Shown: positions 1 to 11,464 of the stretch, one piece after another
Layout of the letters: every line of letters starts with the position of its first letter
How positions within the stretch are numbered: the first letter of the stretch is position 1
Position numbers and translations under genes: made by a program
The notes under the pieces: model-generated
The model's database searches: none
Told to the model about the DNA's origin: nothing
The model's input: only the letters and a program-made list of their open reading frames with translations
Origin: Lama glama
Taxonomy: Eukaryota
Length of the DNA: 64,000 nucleotides
Direction: 5' to 3'
Assembly (NCBI GenBank): GCA_028534125.1
Contig: CM052817.1
Location: 37,512,001-37,576,000, forward strand

Positions 1-394
1 GTTAGAAAAAACTTTAATAATTATCACAGGTTAAAGTAGCTGTAAAAAAAATACAGCATTTCAACATTATTTATTGTTACTAAGAATGCCCCTCTAAGGT
101 AGAGGAGAATAAGCCTAATGATGTTGTATGGACTTGCTGCCCTGTGATCTTTGTTTTAAATAGAGAGCAGGAGTCTCTGCTGAAGTTAGGAGGGAAACAG
201 ACAGATATCAGAGGCTGTTCTGTCCATGTCATTTCAGAGGCTGGGGCTGCTCTCTTTGCTCTTCTTCTGCTTGAAGGCGTGTCAGGACGTAAAGGATGAC
301 TTGATAGCAGAAAATATATTGATCCTATAGCAAAACAAAACAAAACAAAGTAAAACAAAACAAAAAAACAGGGAGAGGGAAAGAAGACTTTAGA

Positions 395-894
395 NNNNNN
401 NNNNNNNNNNNNNNNNNNNNNNNNNNNNNNNNNNNNNNNNNNNNNNNNNNNNNNNNNNNNNNNNNNNNNNNNNNNNNNNNNNNNNNNNNNNNNNNNNNNN
501 NNNNNNNNNNNNNNNNNNNNNNNNNNNNNNNNNNNNNNNNNNNNNNNNNNNNNNNNNNNNNNNNNNNNNNNNNNNNNNNNNNNNNNNNNNNNNNNNNNNN
601 NNNNNNNNNNNNNNNNNNNNNNNNNNNNNNNNNNNNNNNNNNNNNNNNNNNNNNNNNNNNNNNNNNNNNNNNNNNNNNNNNNNNNNNNNNNNNNNNNNNN
701 NNNNNNNNNNNNNNNNNNNNNNNNNNNNNNNNNNNNNNNNNNNNNNNNNNNNNNNNNNNNNNNNNNNNNNNNNNNNNNNNNNNNNNNNNNNNNNNNNNNN
801 NNNNNNNNNNNNNNNNNNNNNNNNNNNNNNNNNNNNNNNNNNNNNNNNNNNNNNNNNNNNNNNNNNNNNNNNNNNNNNNNNNNNNNNNNNNNNN
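395..894. other. Assembly gap (500 N)
   Basis: Run of exactly 500 N, probably a placeholder length. Confidence 0.99.
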
Positions 895-1120
895 GGGGGG
901 GGGAGGGACAGACTGGGATTTCAAAATGTAGAATAGATAAACAAGATTATACTGTATAGCACAGGGAAATATACACAAGATCTTGTGGTAGCTAACAGTG
1001 AAAAAACAATGTGACAATGAATACATGTATGTTTATGTATAACTAAAAAATTGTGCTGTACACTGGAATTTGACACAATATTGTAAAATGACTATTACTC
1101 AATAAAAAAATGTAAAAAAA
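895..1120 (+). mobile_element. LINE-1 3' end (younger lineage-specific subfamily), truncated by the gap
   Basis: G-run, actgtatagcacagggaa motif, AATAAA and A-rich tail; highly similar to 32490-32614. Confidence 0.85.
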
Positions 1121-1495
1121 TGAGGTTGAGATTCAAAAGTAATAATTTCTTATCTTTGAGGTAGTCTCCCTATTTTACTACAAGTAAAATGTGCTCCTTG
1201 ACTTCTTATTCTAAGATGGCAAAATTGTGTCTTTGTGTTTCCATTCAAAGCATTTATATGTTTATTTACATGTTTTGCTCCAAGCCACTGAGAATTTTAG
1301 CCTAGAACTCTGCAAAACCTGGTTGTATATGTGAGTGTTGATAGTCTGACTACATGATTCTTTATGTATAGAAACTAATAATGTAGACCTACGGTGAAAT
1401 AACATATCCAAATATTTTGAAAACTTCTAATTCTGAAACACTTATTTTTTCTATCCATTGTTTTTGATTAAAAAAGTTGCTAACAATACTCTTGC

Positions 1496-1599
1496 CTTTA
1501 TTGGAGTCTTCATGGTTTGTTGTTTCTATTGGCAATTCATCACTTCCCCATGTTATGTCATCATCATCAGTCTTCTTTTCTTCTGACTTTTGAACTAAG
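1496..1599 (-). CDS. PTPN13: PTPN13 exon preceding the PTP domain (SLVQKSEEKKTDDDDITWGSDELPIETTNHEDSNK); GC donor
   Basis: tag|C acceptor, AAG|gcaag donor, 104 nt, phase 2-1. Confidence 0.93.
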
Positions 1600-2489
1600 C
1601 TATGACAATAAAACATATTTATAATATTTTCTTCAGTTTTGTCTCCAAAATAAATTTAAATATTATGTACTTGAACTACATATGTTCACTACAGTTATTA
1701 AGCTATTTAAAAATAGATTACCTGATTGAAAAAACTCACATCCTCAACTGTTAAAATTTATTGGTAGATATAAATTAAACTGAGGTATGGAATTGTTCAG
1801 TGTGGTTTAAATTTTGCCCTCAAACAAATCCCAAGTCTTTGAACCTTAGATTGAAGGAGTCCTCTTGGGGATGGAGAACATAGGGCTTTGCTTCCAACCT
1901 TCCACATGGATAAGTAATTACAATTGTGTCAGATGGCTCTCTCTTTTTTTTTTTAACAGCTGTCTACTATTGTTCTGTATGAAAGATTCTTAATTTAATT
2001 ACAGAAATCCTTACTGATGGATATCAGTCTTTTGCTACAATCAGGGCCTGGAAGGACATTCGTATATCTGGGACCTAACAATGTAATAAAACTCAGTACA
2101 AGTTCTCATTATTCTAGAGGTGCACAGCAGACGCCATCTCCTTGGTAGGGTGGTGGCTGGAAGAGAGAAACTAAGTAGGGGAGTAATATTTAGTGATAAG
2201 ACGAGATTAAAAAGGATCCTGCAGAGGCCTGAATACATTCTTTCACTTTCTGATATCCAGAGGCACAAAGCAAAGGACATTTGTCTGATGACACTGGTAC
2301 ACATCATTAAAGCAGGACATGCACTAATGCTCCCAAAACATCATAACAGGACAGCAATTATGCTTTCATGGCGGAGGTTTTCCTCTGCACCAACTAATTG
2401 TGCACCATAATTAAAATGTACTTTGCAAGTTCTCTACCCATGAGGTCTTTCTGGTCTTCTCGTAAGCACACTTTGTCTGCAAGGATATG

Positions 2490-2730
2490 TTTTGGACCTC
2501 CTTCCATCAGCCATTTCCTTCTTTCTCATTCTTTTGAACAGCTGTTTAGTATTTCATTGTATAAGTACACTCTACTTTGTGAATATTACAGTTTTTTACT
2601 ACTGCAAACAATGTTGCAATGAATATTCTTATAGAAAAGCCTTTGCATATATATATGGTAGTGGGACCAATTCTCAGAATTAAAAAAACCGCTAGGTTCA
2701 AGGGTATATACCACAGTTCTTTGAGTCTAT
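2490..2730 (-). mobile_element. Old L1 (L1M-type) fragment
   Basis: Diverged match to the antisense L1 ORF2 end/3'UTR (aatgttgcaatgaatattctt...ctaggttcaagggtata); boundaries approximate. Confidence 0.55.
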
Positions 2731-3713
2731 GGCACACATCATTGTAAGACACACTATTACTTTATGTTATGAAAGAAGTAATATTGATTATTGTAATTGT
2801 ATGACCTTTCATGATTTCAGAAATGTTAAAGTTTTAAAAAAGTGTATCCAAAAATTAGTAACAGGCAAATATATTTTACATGTTAATTGGGTTTTCAGTC
2901 ACCACCCGAAGAAATTACTCTAACTTACCTCTCCTTCCTCCTCTCCTCCCCCTGCCCAACAGGGAAGAGTCTGTATCTTATAATTATTGGCAGCTGGCCC
3001 AGATATTTGCTAATCTTTTAAGTATAAAACTATGCATTTCTGCATTAATAATATGTATCCCCGAGTCTATCTTTACTTAGAAAAATTTACTGTTGATTTG
3101 CTTTTCTAGGAAAATGCAAATAGCTCCCTTTGACTGGTTGGTTATCATTTAATATGAAGCAAAATTTATGTATAACCACTTTGTTGGCCAACAATATATA
3201 AGTTTTCCTGATACATCATTTAGTGTTACAAAAAAATCATTTTACATTAGAAACTATTTTCAAAAAGAAAAACATTTGTGGGAGTTAGAATGTTTCTTAT
3301 CTTCTTTGGTTTTATTTTCTTATTAAAGAATAAAATTTGTGAAGTATAGAAAAATAGAGAAACAGAAAAATACATTACCTATAATCATACCGGGAGAAGA
3401 TACTCACTATCATCATTGTTGGCACATTTCCTTTTAGACTTTTCCTCTATTTTTTTCCAGTGGTCAAGAGCATACTGCTTTTTTTTCAGTAATGTTATAA
3501 CAAATACATTGTCACATGTCACTAGAACCTCCTTGTAACAACATGCTTAAAAATTCTTCATATTCAACCATAGTTCCATATTTTACTCAAGAAGTCTCAT
3601 TTTATTGGAAAAGAACATATTAATTTTAAAATCAGTATCTAAATGAAAATTTGCAGAGGACTTCTAAAAAAAGAATGAAATTGCTATAAATATTTTAAAA
3701 GTTATTTTCTTAC

Positions 3714-3769
3714 CTTTCACTTTTTACTTTTTCATCACAATATTCTTCACAGCCATTCATTTTGGTAGA
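3714..3769 (-). CDS. PTPN13: PTPN13 exon (STKMNGCEEYCDEKVKSE)
   Basis: tag|TCT acceptor, AAG|gtaag donor, 56 nt, phase 0-2. Confidence 0.95.
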
Positions 3770-5991
3770 CTACAATAAACAGAAATCAAAATAAAATTAG
3801 CACATTGTAAAAAAAAAAATCAAATAATCTTATAGAATGTTCAGTTTTTTCCTGTAAATTAGTTCCTATGTTCACTGTTACTGCTCATCCTTGTGTTACA
3901 AAGACACACATGATAGTCATTACATGCCAAACTGTGGCTGAGGCATCTTCAAGTGGCCCAAGAGTTTTTGCTGGTTCCACTTATTCACCTTCACACTCAT
4001 TTTGGCTTTTCATTTCTTATATTAAGGGATATGAATGTATAGAAGTAAGGAAAAAGCAAAATAAAAATCTAAAATAAAAGTCATTTATATGCACATTATA
4101 GCACATGTTTTTACACGGCTTCAGTTTTAAAATCTAAGATTTCCATGTGTTAGCTTATCTTGCTCTTTTATTTTTAAAGTGAGGGTATCTCCCTAGGGAA
4201 CACAGATCAATCAGTATGTCCTGTAACTGAGTATGGTGTCTCAGACGTGCAGGTCCTGCAGAAGCAGTTTGCTACCATCAGAAGGAGATGCCAAGTAGCA
4301 TTCTTACATGGTTAATCTTACATTTCAATCTATCAGGACTAATTATCTTAAACGGGAAATTTCTTTCATTTCAAGGCCCTGCATTATCTGGCCTCTGTCT
4401 ACCTCTACAGTCCAACTGGTTTTGCTCCCCACTTCACATACTAGGCTTCAAACCGACAGGTCTTTCTTTTAGTTCCTTAAAGTCTCCTTTCACTTTTTCT
4501 TTATTCAATCCAAGTGCCTTTTCCTTCTGAGAATGTTTCCTAACCACCCAGCCTAAAAGCAAGCCTTTTTGGTCATTCCCTTTTGTAGCACTTTTTTTTT
4601 TTTCAAAACCTTATCACAACTAACTGCATTTTTGTGTGTTTATTTGATCTTTTAGTTACAGGCTTCGCAGAGTTAAAAACTATAATTAAGTTACTCTGAC
4701 ATCAATTTCAATTTCTTTGAGAGAAATGCAGAACTTCTATGGAGGAAGAAAAAACGTAGGTTGTTTTTATCCATCGGTAACTTTTAAAGAGCTTCTTAGA
4801 CCTTATCTGTTTTTCAAAGTTGATAGTTGATAAATGTTAGTCTGGGTTAAAACTTTTTTCCAAAGTCATCTGGATTTCTTATTCCCCATCATAATCCTAG
4901 TCTAGGAATCTACCATGTGTGCAATCATTTTGCAAAGTATAAAGTCTTTTGCAAGTGCTAAGTGCTATTACTGACGTTAAAATAATGAGATAAAGCCCAG
5001 GTGGAAATACGCTATAGTGATACTGTAGTAACCAATTTCTCACTGTTTTTGCAGAGTTCACTTGCGTATGGTTTAGGGTTGGGTCCTTCTCCCTTCTCAC
5101 TCTGGATTATAGGCTCTTTGGAAGAGGAAGCAGCTATAGTACTGCCTCGAGGAAAAGATTTAAGATTTTTATCATGGCCAGTCCTTGGAAGGTTAGTTTG
5201 TAATCCTGCTGCTCAAAGAATCCAGAGGCAGCAACTTGAAGAGTAGAGGAGGCATCTCCTGGGTCCAGAACCAGCTACCTAATTTGTAGTGCCCAGTGCC
5301 AAATGAAAATAAGGGCTCTTTCTCTGGCATGGCATGTAAGTCATTTCATGAACTCATCCCGCCTATCTCTTCAGACTTAGCTTTCAAGACATCATGTGAT
5401 ACCCTACTTGCAAAGATTTAGTGCTCTGAATGTTCCAGGCTGATCCAGACCTTCACATCTTTGCTAAGAAGCTCCTTAGTAGGGAATGCTCTTTCCCATT
5501 TTATCTCGCCGATCAAAATCTTTAAAATTAGGAAGCTGTAATAACCACTCCCACCTACTCCTAGGTAGCCCGTATCATTCCCTAATTCTTTATAACCCTC
5601 TCTAAACTCTATATAAACATTTAGCAGGACATGTTTTCAACTACAGCTTTTTGTAGAGTTGAAAGTATCTGTAATTAAGTTATTCTGATATCAATCTCAT
5701 TTTATTTGAGCGAAATCAGAACTTCTGTGGAGGAAGAAAATTTACTTATTTGCATGTGTACAGCTCCCAAATTGACTGCTTGACTGCATAAGCAAGTTAG
5801 GACAGAAATCCTGATGTCCCTTCTTGTCCTGTTATCCCCAAAGTAATCAGAGTCAAACAAATTCAGTAACAGCCAAGTGAAGAGTTTTGAAACTTAAGAC
5901 AATAATTTACAATCATGTATATGACTGGCATTCATTCTTCCATTCATAACTAAGACACAGACATTGGCCCGAAGTACTGCACTAAGAGGTA

Positions 5992-6648
5992 CAGTAGTCC
6001 CCCTTTATCTGACGGGGTTTATGTTCCAAGATGCTCAGTGAATGCCTGAAACCTCGGATACTACTGAATCTGTTTTCTGTTCACGTCTTCCACTCACACA
6101 CTGAACAGCTTTTTCATCTTACCTAAGCACTTATGCATTGTGGCCATAACTTTTGCAGTTTGGGGTGCAATAGCAAAATTAGCACAAATTTCTTTTTCCT
6201 TTTCACAATTTCACAGATAGAAGGTTTGTTCTTATTGTAGATCTTAGCAACCAACCTCAGCATACAATTTTTTTCTTCCCTTATGAAGTAGAAAACTTTC
6301 ACCTTTTCACTCAAAGGAAGCACCTATGGCTTCTCTTTGGCATATCCAAATTGCCAGCATCACTATTCTTGCACTTTGGGGCCATTATTAAGTAAAATAA
6401 GGGTTACTTGCAATGATCGATCTGATAACCAAGATGGCTAATGGGCAAGATATGCCAGACAAAGAGATGACTTATGTCCTGAGCGGGATGGAGTGAGATC
6501 TCATCTCACAGTACTTAGAAAGGTATGCAGTTTAAAACTTTGAATTGTTTATTTCTGGAATTTTCCATTTAACATTTCCCAACTGAGGTTAACTGTAGGT
6601 AACTGAAACCTCGGAAAGTGAAACTGCAGATGGTGGTGGGGACTACTG
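5992..6648 (-). mobile_element. Tigger7/MER44-family DNA transposon (internally deleted) with a transposase N-terminal HTH remnant
   Basis: TIRs cagtagtcccc...ggggactactg flanked by TA/CA; ORF 6123-6323 (LPLSEKVKV...VAKIYNKNKPSICEIVK) resembles a Tigger/CENP-B N-terminal HTH. Confidence 0.9.
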
Positions 6649-7747
6649 CAGTCAAGTCTAGAGTTAATTACAACTGAGGGACAAATACAATGATTTGCAC
6701 AGCTAGCTAACGGAGGGATAATCTTTCTTCTTAAAAAGGACATTCCTATACTCTTAACAATACCAGTGGTTAGCAGCTTAACTTTTGGTGCATGATAAAA
6801 CATTCAGGGTTGTAGAATATACTGGTAAGAACCAATTCAGTAAGTAATCTACCATTCATTTAGGGTGATCCCAGAATGGCACACTTTCAAAATTCTCAAT
6901 TTTTTCAAAATTTCTAAGGGATTCTTAAAATCACTCAAATGTAGGCAATCTTCTAGAGACATAAGATGAAATAGAAAACACTTCCAGAATACTGGCTCAC
7001 TCTTCCTCTCAGCAATGGAGATGAATTTGTCTTTTAAATTTGCCTTCTTATGAATATAATTTCTACTGGGATTTTAATTCATGGTTTTGAAACAAATGAA
7101 ACTTTTTCATGTTTTTACTTTTACTACAGTAACTTGTTTTTTTGTTTTCTTTGTTTTGCTTACCATTAGTCAAAATCTCTTCTAAAGCAGAAGTCTCATC
7201 TATTCAAGTGCTGATGTATTATTTTTAAGGATGGACTGGCCTGAAGTATTTGGTCTTAACCATCTTGAATTCTCAAGGCACAAGTTTGTGGGCTTCATCT
7301 GTACTTTGGTGGCAGGACAACTTATATGTTATTTATATAATATTTCCTGATAACTGGTAGGAATATTCTTTCCCCACGAATCTAAATTTTTAGATTTGTT
7401 CTGGATAGCTTTACATCCTAATTCGTCTATGTAAATTATTTTACAAAGCCACGCTGCCTCTTACTGGGGGAAAAGCCCCCAATACCCAAAATATTTTATT
7501 GGACTACATTTAATTTATGGGTAAATCTAGGAAGACTTTAAATTTTAGGTTTTTTTTTAAAAATCAAAGAACAAGGAATGTTTTTCTTTGATAACTTCTT
7601 GTATGCTTCTTTGTAGAGTTTCAAAGTTTTCAATATAGATATGTACATTTTGTGTTGAATTTATGCCTAGAACTTTTATTTGTTTTGTAACTATTGTGAA
7701 TATAATTTTATTTGACTATATTTTATAAGTGGTTAAAGCAAAGACTG

Positions 7748-8124
7748 TGTTATGGACTGACCTATGTTCCCCCAAATCCACAGTTTGAAGCCCTAACCCC
7801 CAATGTGACTATATTTGGAAATAGGGTCTTTACGGAGATAACTGATGCTAAATGAGGTCATAAGTATGGGGCTCTAATCCAATAGGACTGATGTCCTTTT
7901 AAGAAGAGGAAGAGATCCCAGGAGTGCACACACACAAAAGACTGACCATGTGAGGACACAGCAGGAAGGTGGCTGTCTGCAAGCCAAGGAGAGAGGTCCT
8001 GCCAGAAACCAAACCTGCTAACACCTTGATCTTGGACTTCCAGCCTCCAGAACTGTGTAAAGATAAATTTCTCTCTCTCTTTTAAAGACACTTGGGTTAT
8101 GGCAGCCCCAAAAGACTGGGAAAG
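7748..8124 (+). mobile_element. MLT1A/B-type MaLR solo LTR
   Basis: tgttatggactga...gccctaacccccaatgtgactatatttgga...accttgatcttggacttccagcctccagaactgtg. Confidence 0.88.
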
Positions 8125-9387
8125 ACTACAAACTCAAATGCCTGTAGGAACCAGACAAATAACATAAACCTTTGAAATGCTGGCGGAGGAGGTGGGGCTT
8201 AATTCTGTCTTGTGAGACCTGAGAGTTTACATTATAAAGAAATAGGGATCTTGGCTGCATTGTTGTTCATAATAAATAAGAAATTTAATATTCATCAATA
8301 GTAGCCAACTTAACAAATTATGGCGTATCTATGCAATAAATAATAGGAAGGGATTAGAAAGTATGAGACAGATTTTTATGTACTTGTAGAAAGAAATAAC
8401 TGACCATTTTTTAAATGAGAATCAAATTTAGAACCACGTGACAAAATATCTATTAAAAAATTATATGTTTTCATATGCACAATGGAAGCATAAAATCAAA
8501 ATTTTAACAACAGCTATCTCAGATGAAGATGAGGAATTGGTAAAAAAAAGCGCCATGCATTTTTAGACGATTCTATTTAAAATATGTTTCTTACAATGGG
8601 ATATAATATTTTCATAATCAAAATAACAAAAAAGCAACTTGAATGAAGTTTTCTGCTGTCAACTTTTGTTATAATAGTTCAGTATAAATGAGACACTATA
8701 GTATGTTAACAAGCTTTTTTTTAAAGAAAAGGCATTGGATCTGACATTTTTGAAATGGAAATTAAAGATTTTTATTTATTGTCTTAGTTAAGAGACTTCA
8801 GAATATACATTTCAAGGGGAATTTCAAATAGTAAAATTAATAAAAACATAATAAAAATTAGTATGATTTAAAATGTTCAGAAAACTTTTTTCAAAGAGCT
8901 TATTGTTGTAATTATTAATATTCTGATAGTATGAAACAACATCTTAAGTAAAAAGCACTATAGTGTGATACATTGTGAGGTATCCAATATTTGTGTAATC
9001 ATTTTTTTTAGATTAGGAAATACATACTCAACAGAATTAAATGTCCTTGTATTTATACACATTAATTATTTATAAGTGTTTAATGAACATAATCGTGTGT
9101 ATATGAGGTTGTGTGTGGGTACCCGCATGGTAAGAATCCAAACTAGCTTAGTTTTAACAATTCTGAAGATGTTCAGTAGGAAGAGTAAGAAGAACTGTGA
9201 GGGAAATTATCCTAGAACAACGAGTAACATCAGATTCACACAAATAGGGTGATGCCTAGTTTAAGCAGGCTTACATATTATTTATCCGTTATTTCATGTT
9301 TTTTTCTTAGCTCACTGTCCCAGATCTGACATCTTAGTCTTAAATAAATCTATCATTACAATTTTGAAAATTAATCATTTCTCTCTC

Positions 9388-9527
9388 TTTTTTTTTTTTG
9401 GTGGGGGGGAGGTAATTAGGTTTATTTACTTAGCTTTTTTTTTTTTTTTAATGGAGGTACTGAAGATTGAACCCAGGACCTCATGCATGCTAGGTATGCA
9501 TTCTACCACTGAGCTATAACATTCCCC
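9388..9527 (-). mobile_element. tRNA-derived SINE (Vic-1-like, camelid)
   Basis: Minus strand shows A-box tagctcagtggtagaa, B-box ggttcaatc and the aaacctaattacctcccc tail. Confidence 0.9.
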
Positions 9528-10348
9528 ACTCTTCTTTTTTTTTTGACTTGAGGAAACTTGAGTCATGATTCTTTCCCAGGCACAGGATGACTCTTGAATG
9601 CAACAAATAAAATTAACCATTATTTCCCCTAATGTAATTAATCCCTGAAAGTAAATTTTCAGTAAAATAGGCAATAATCTCAGATGATTCCAACTTCGGA
9701 TTTTATTTTTTTAAGAATTTAGTAAATTTATATAACATGTATTGAGTACTAATTTCTGTACAGCTTATCTTTACTAGTTTGGATCCAACTAGCCCAATGT
9801 ATGGACTATGAATCAGTCAGCTGTCCAAATCTTTTAAAACGAGTCTCAACTGAAACTGCACAGCAATCACAGCAAATGCCATGGAATAACCGAAAGAATG
9901 AGATGTTTCCACGATAATGAAGACAGGCATCCATGAAGGGCAGGAGGAAGCGTTCAAGGATAAAACCAAGTTTTCTACCTAGGTTAGGTATTATGTGGAA
10001 CAGGATCTTGGAATTCCCAACTTTTATTTGGTGTAAAAATAACGAAGACACACATGACACACAAAAAATCAGGTTTGGGGGGCACTTTTCTCGTGAATGG
10101 AAACCTTCAACAAGAGGTTGTATGATTCAAAGGCAAGATCTTTCTCCAAACGAAGTTAAGAGACATCAGTTCTAATTCTTACTAAGGTTACCAACCAGTC
10201 ATCAGGATATTATCTCTAATATTTACAAGGGAAACTGGCCAGTAGGGAGAGGTAAGGCCTCAGCAGAGAAAGGAAGTCTTACGTAAGCAGATACGTAATT
10301 CTAACAAGACATAGCATCCTATAGTGTGTACCTAGGTATTATCCTTAC

Positions 10349-10437
10349 CTCCGTAAAATCTTCTGGTAAAGGTGAACCATCACAGTCGGTATCTTCTGCT
10401 CTCTCCTCAGATAACTTCCCATTGGTTTTCAACGCAC
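10349..10437 (-). CDS. PTPN13: PTPN13 exon (GALKTNGKLSEERAEDTDCDGSPLPEDFTE)
   Basis: cag|GT acceptor, GAG|gtaag donor, 89 nt, phase 1-0. Confidence 0.95.
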
Positions 10438-10536
10438 CTGGGAAAGAGAGAAACAGGCCAAGAGGAATTCAAATGCTTCACAAAGGCCATCTTGTGCTGC
10501 TTTAGTGTACCAACTTACTCATTCCGGATCATCTAC

Positions 10537-10662
10537 CTGGAACACAGGCATTAGTTTGGTTTAAAAGATTCTGAACTTCTTCATCCACAACATCCAGCAG
10601 AGACTGGATAACTTCAGCTTCTTGAGGATCATCATAAATATCTTCTTCTTGTACATCAGATT
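10537..10662 (-). CDS. PTPN13: PTPN13 exon (ESDVQEEDIYDDPQEAEVIQSLLDVVDEEVQNLLNQTNACVP)
   Basis: aag|AA acceptor, CAG|gtaga donor, 126 nt, phase 1-1. Confidence 0.93.
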
Positions 10663-11370
10663 CTTGAAAAACAGTAATTTACATGGGGTTTTACTTTATA
10701 AGTATCGATATGAGAAAGAGACAGTGTGTCAAATATGCCAGGGCGTTCAAATTTTAAGCATCCACTTTGAAAAAGCAGCCATGACTGAAAGAATAGCTTA
10801 CACTAAGGGGACCCAGGTATTTTTAGTTTTAGAGCTACTTTGGCTGTTGTGACAAAAGACCACATAAATGCAACTGAATAAACCAAAATCAATGTCTGTG
10901 ATACTCCTTTTTGTGAGACATTAATGATTTAATGTTTATTTCCCTAAATTAATTGCAAATTATTGATTTATAAAAGAAACTAAGGAAGTTTCAACTAAAT
11001 AGGTTTTGTTACAAGGATTAAGGATATAACAGGGCAGTCCAAACATCCCCAAGAAAAAATTTCTGAGTTATTAGGTAGCCTGAGAATTACTGCATCAAAG
11101 AATACAAGAAACATTATCAAACGAAACAGCTATCTCTTCAATCATTTAAAAATCATTTTGCTCTTAGAGATGAGAATGAATACTGGACATTTGTACAGTA
11201 ACGCAGCTAATAACGTGAATTTTTCATTGTTCTTTCATTACTTTGAATATTAGTCTTTCCTTTTAAAGCTATAGGAATATGTAAGGAAAATAAGAGAGGC
11301 TACCAATATTTCTTATTACCTGAATTATTAGGGCATTTAGAGAAAATGGATGACTCATTTGGAAGACTAC

Positions 11371-11464
11371 CTTTGGACACAATTAGATTTGCTGATTCCT
11401 TCATCTGGTAAGTAGTGCATTTTCCTTCAGGATACAAAACTTCAATGATTTCCTCCCCATTAAC
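11371..11464 (-). CDS. PTPN13: PTPN13 exon (VNGEEIIEVLYPEGKCTTYQMKESANLIVSK)
   Basis: tag|GTT acceptor, AAG|gtagt donor, 94 nt, phase 0-1. Confidence 0.93.

Noticed and set aside
325..1026. 233-aa ORF in the track
   Set aside because: Artefact of translating through the N gap; the remainder is antisense L1 3'UTR
2921..3020. Perfect donor GAG|gtaagt after a purine-rich ESE-like stretch on the minus strand
   Set aside because: No convincing acceptor or pyrimidine tract upstream; isolated strong donors are common in introns
6123..6323. Transposase-like ORF as a domesticated TIGD-type gene
   Set aside because: Short, frameshifted HTH remnant inside an internally deleted Tigger7/MER44 copy; no DDE domain
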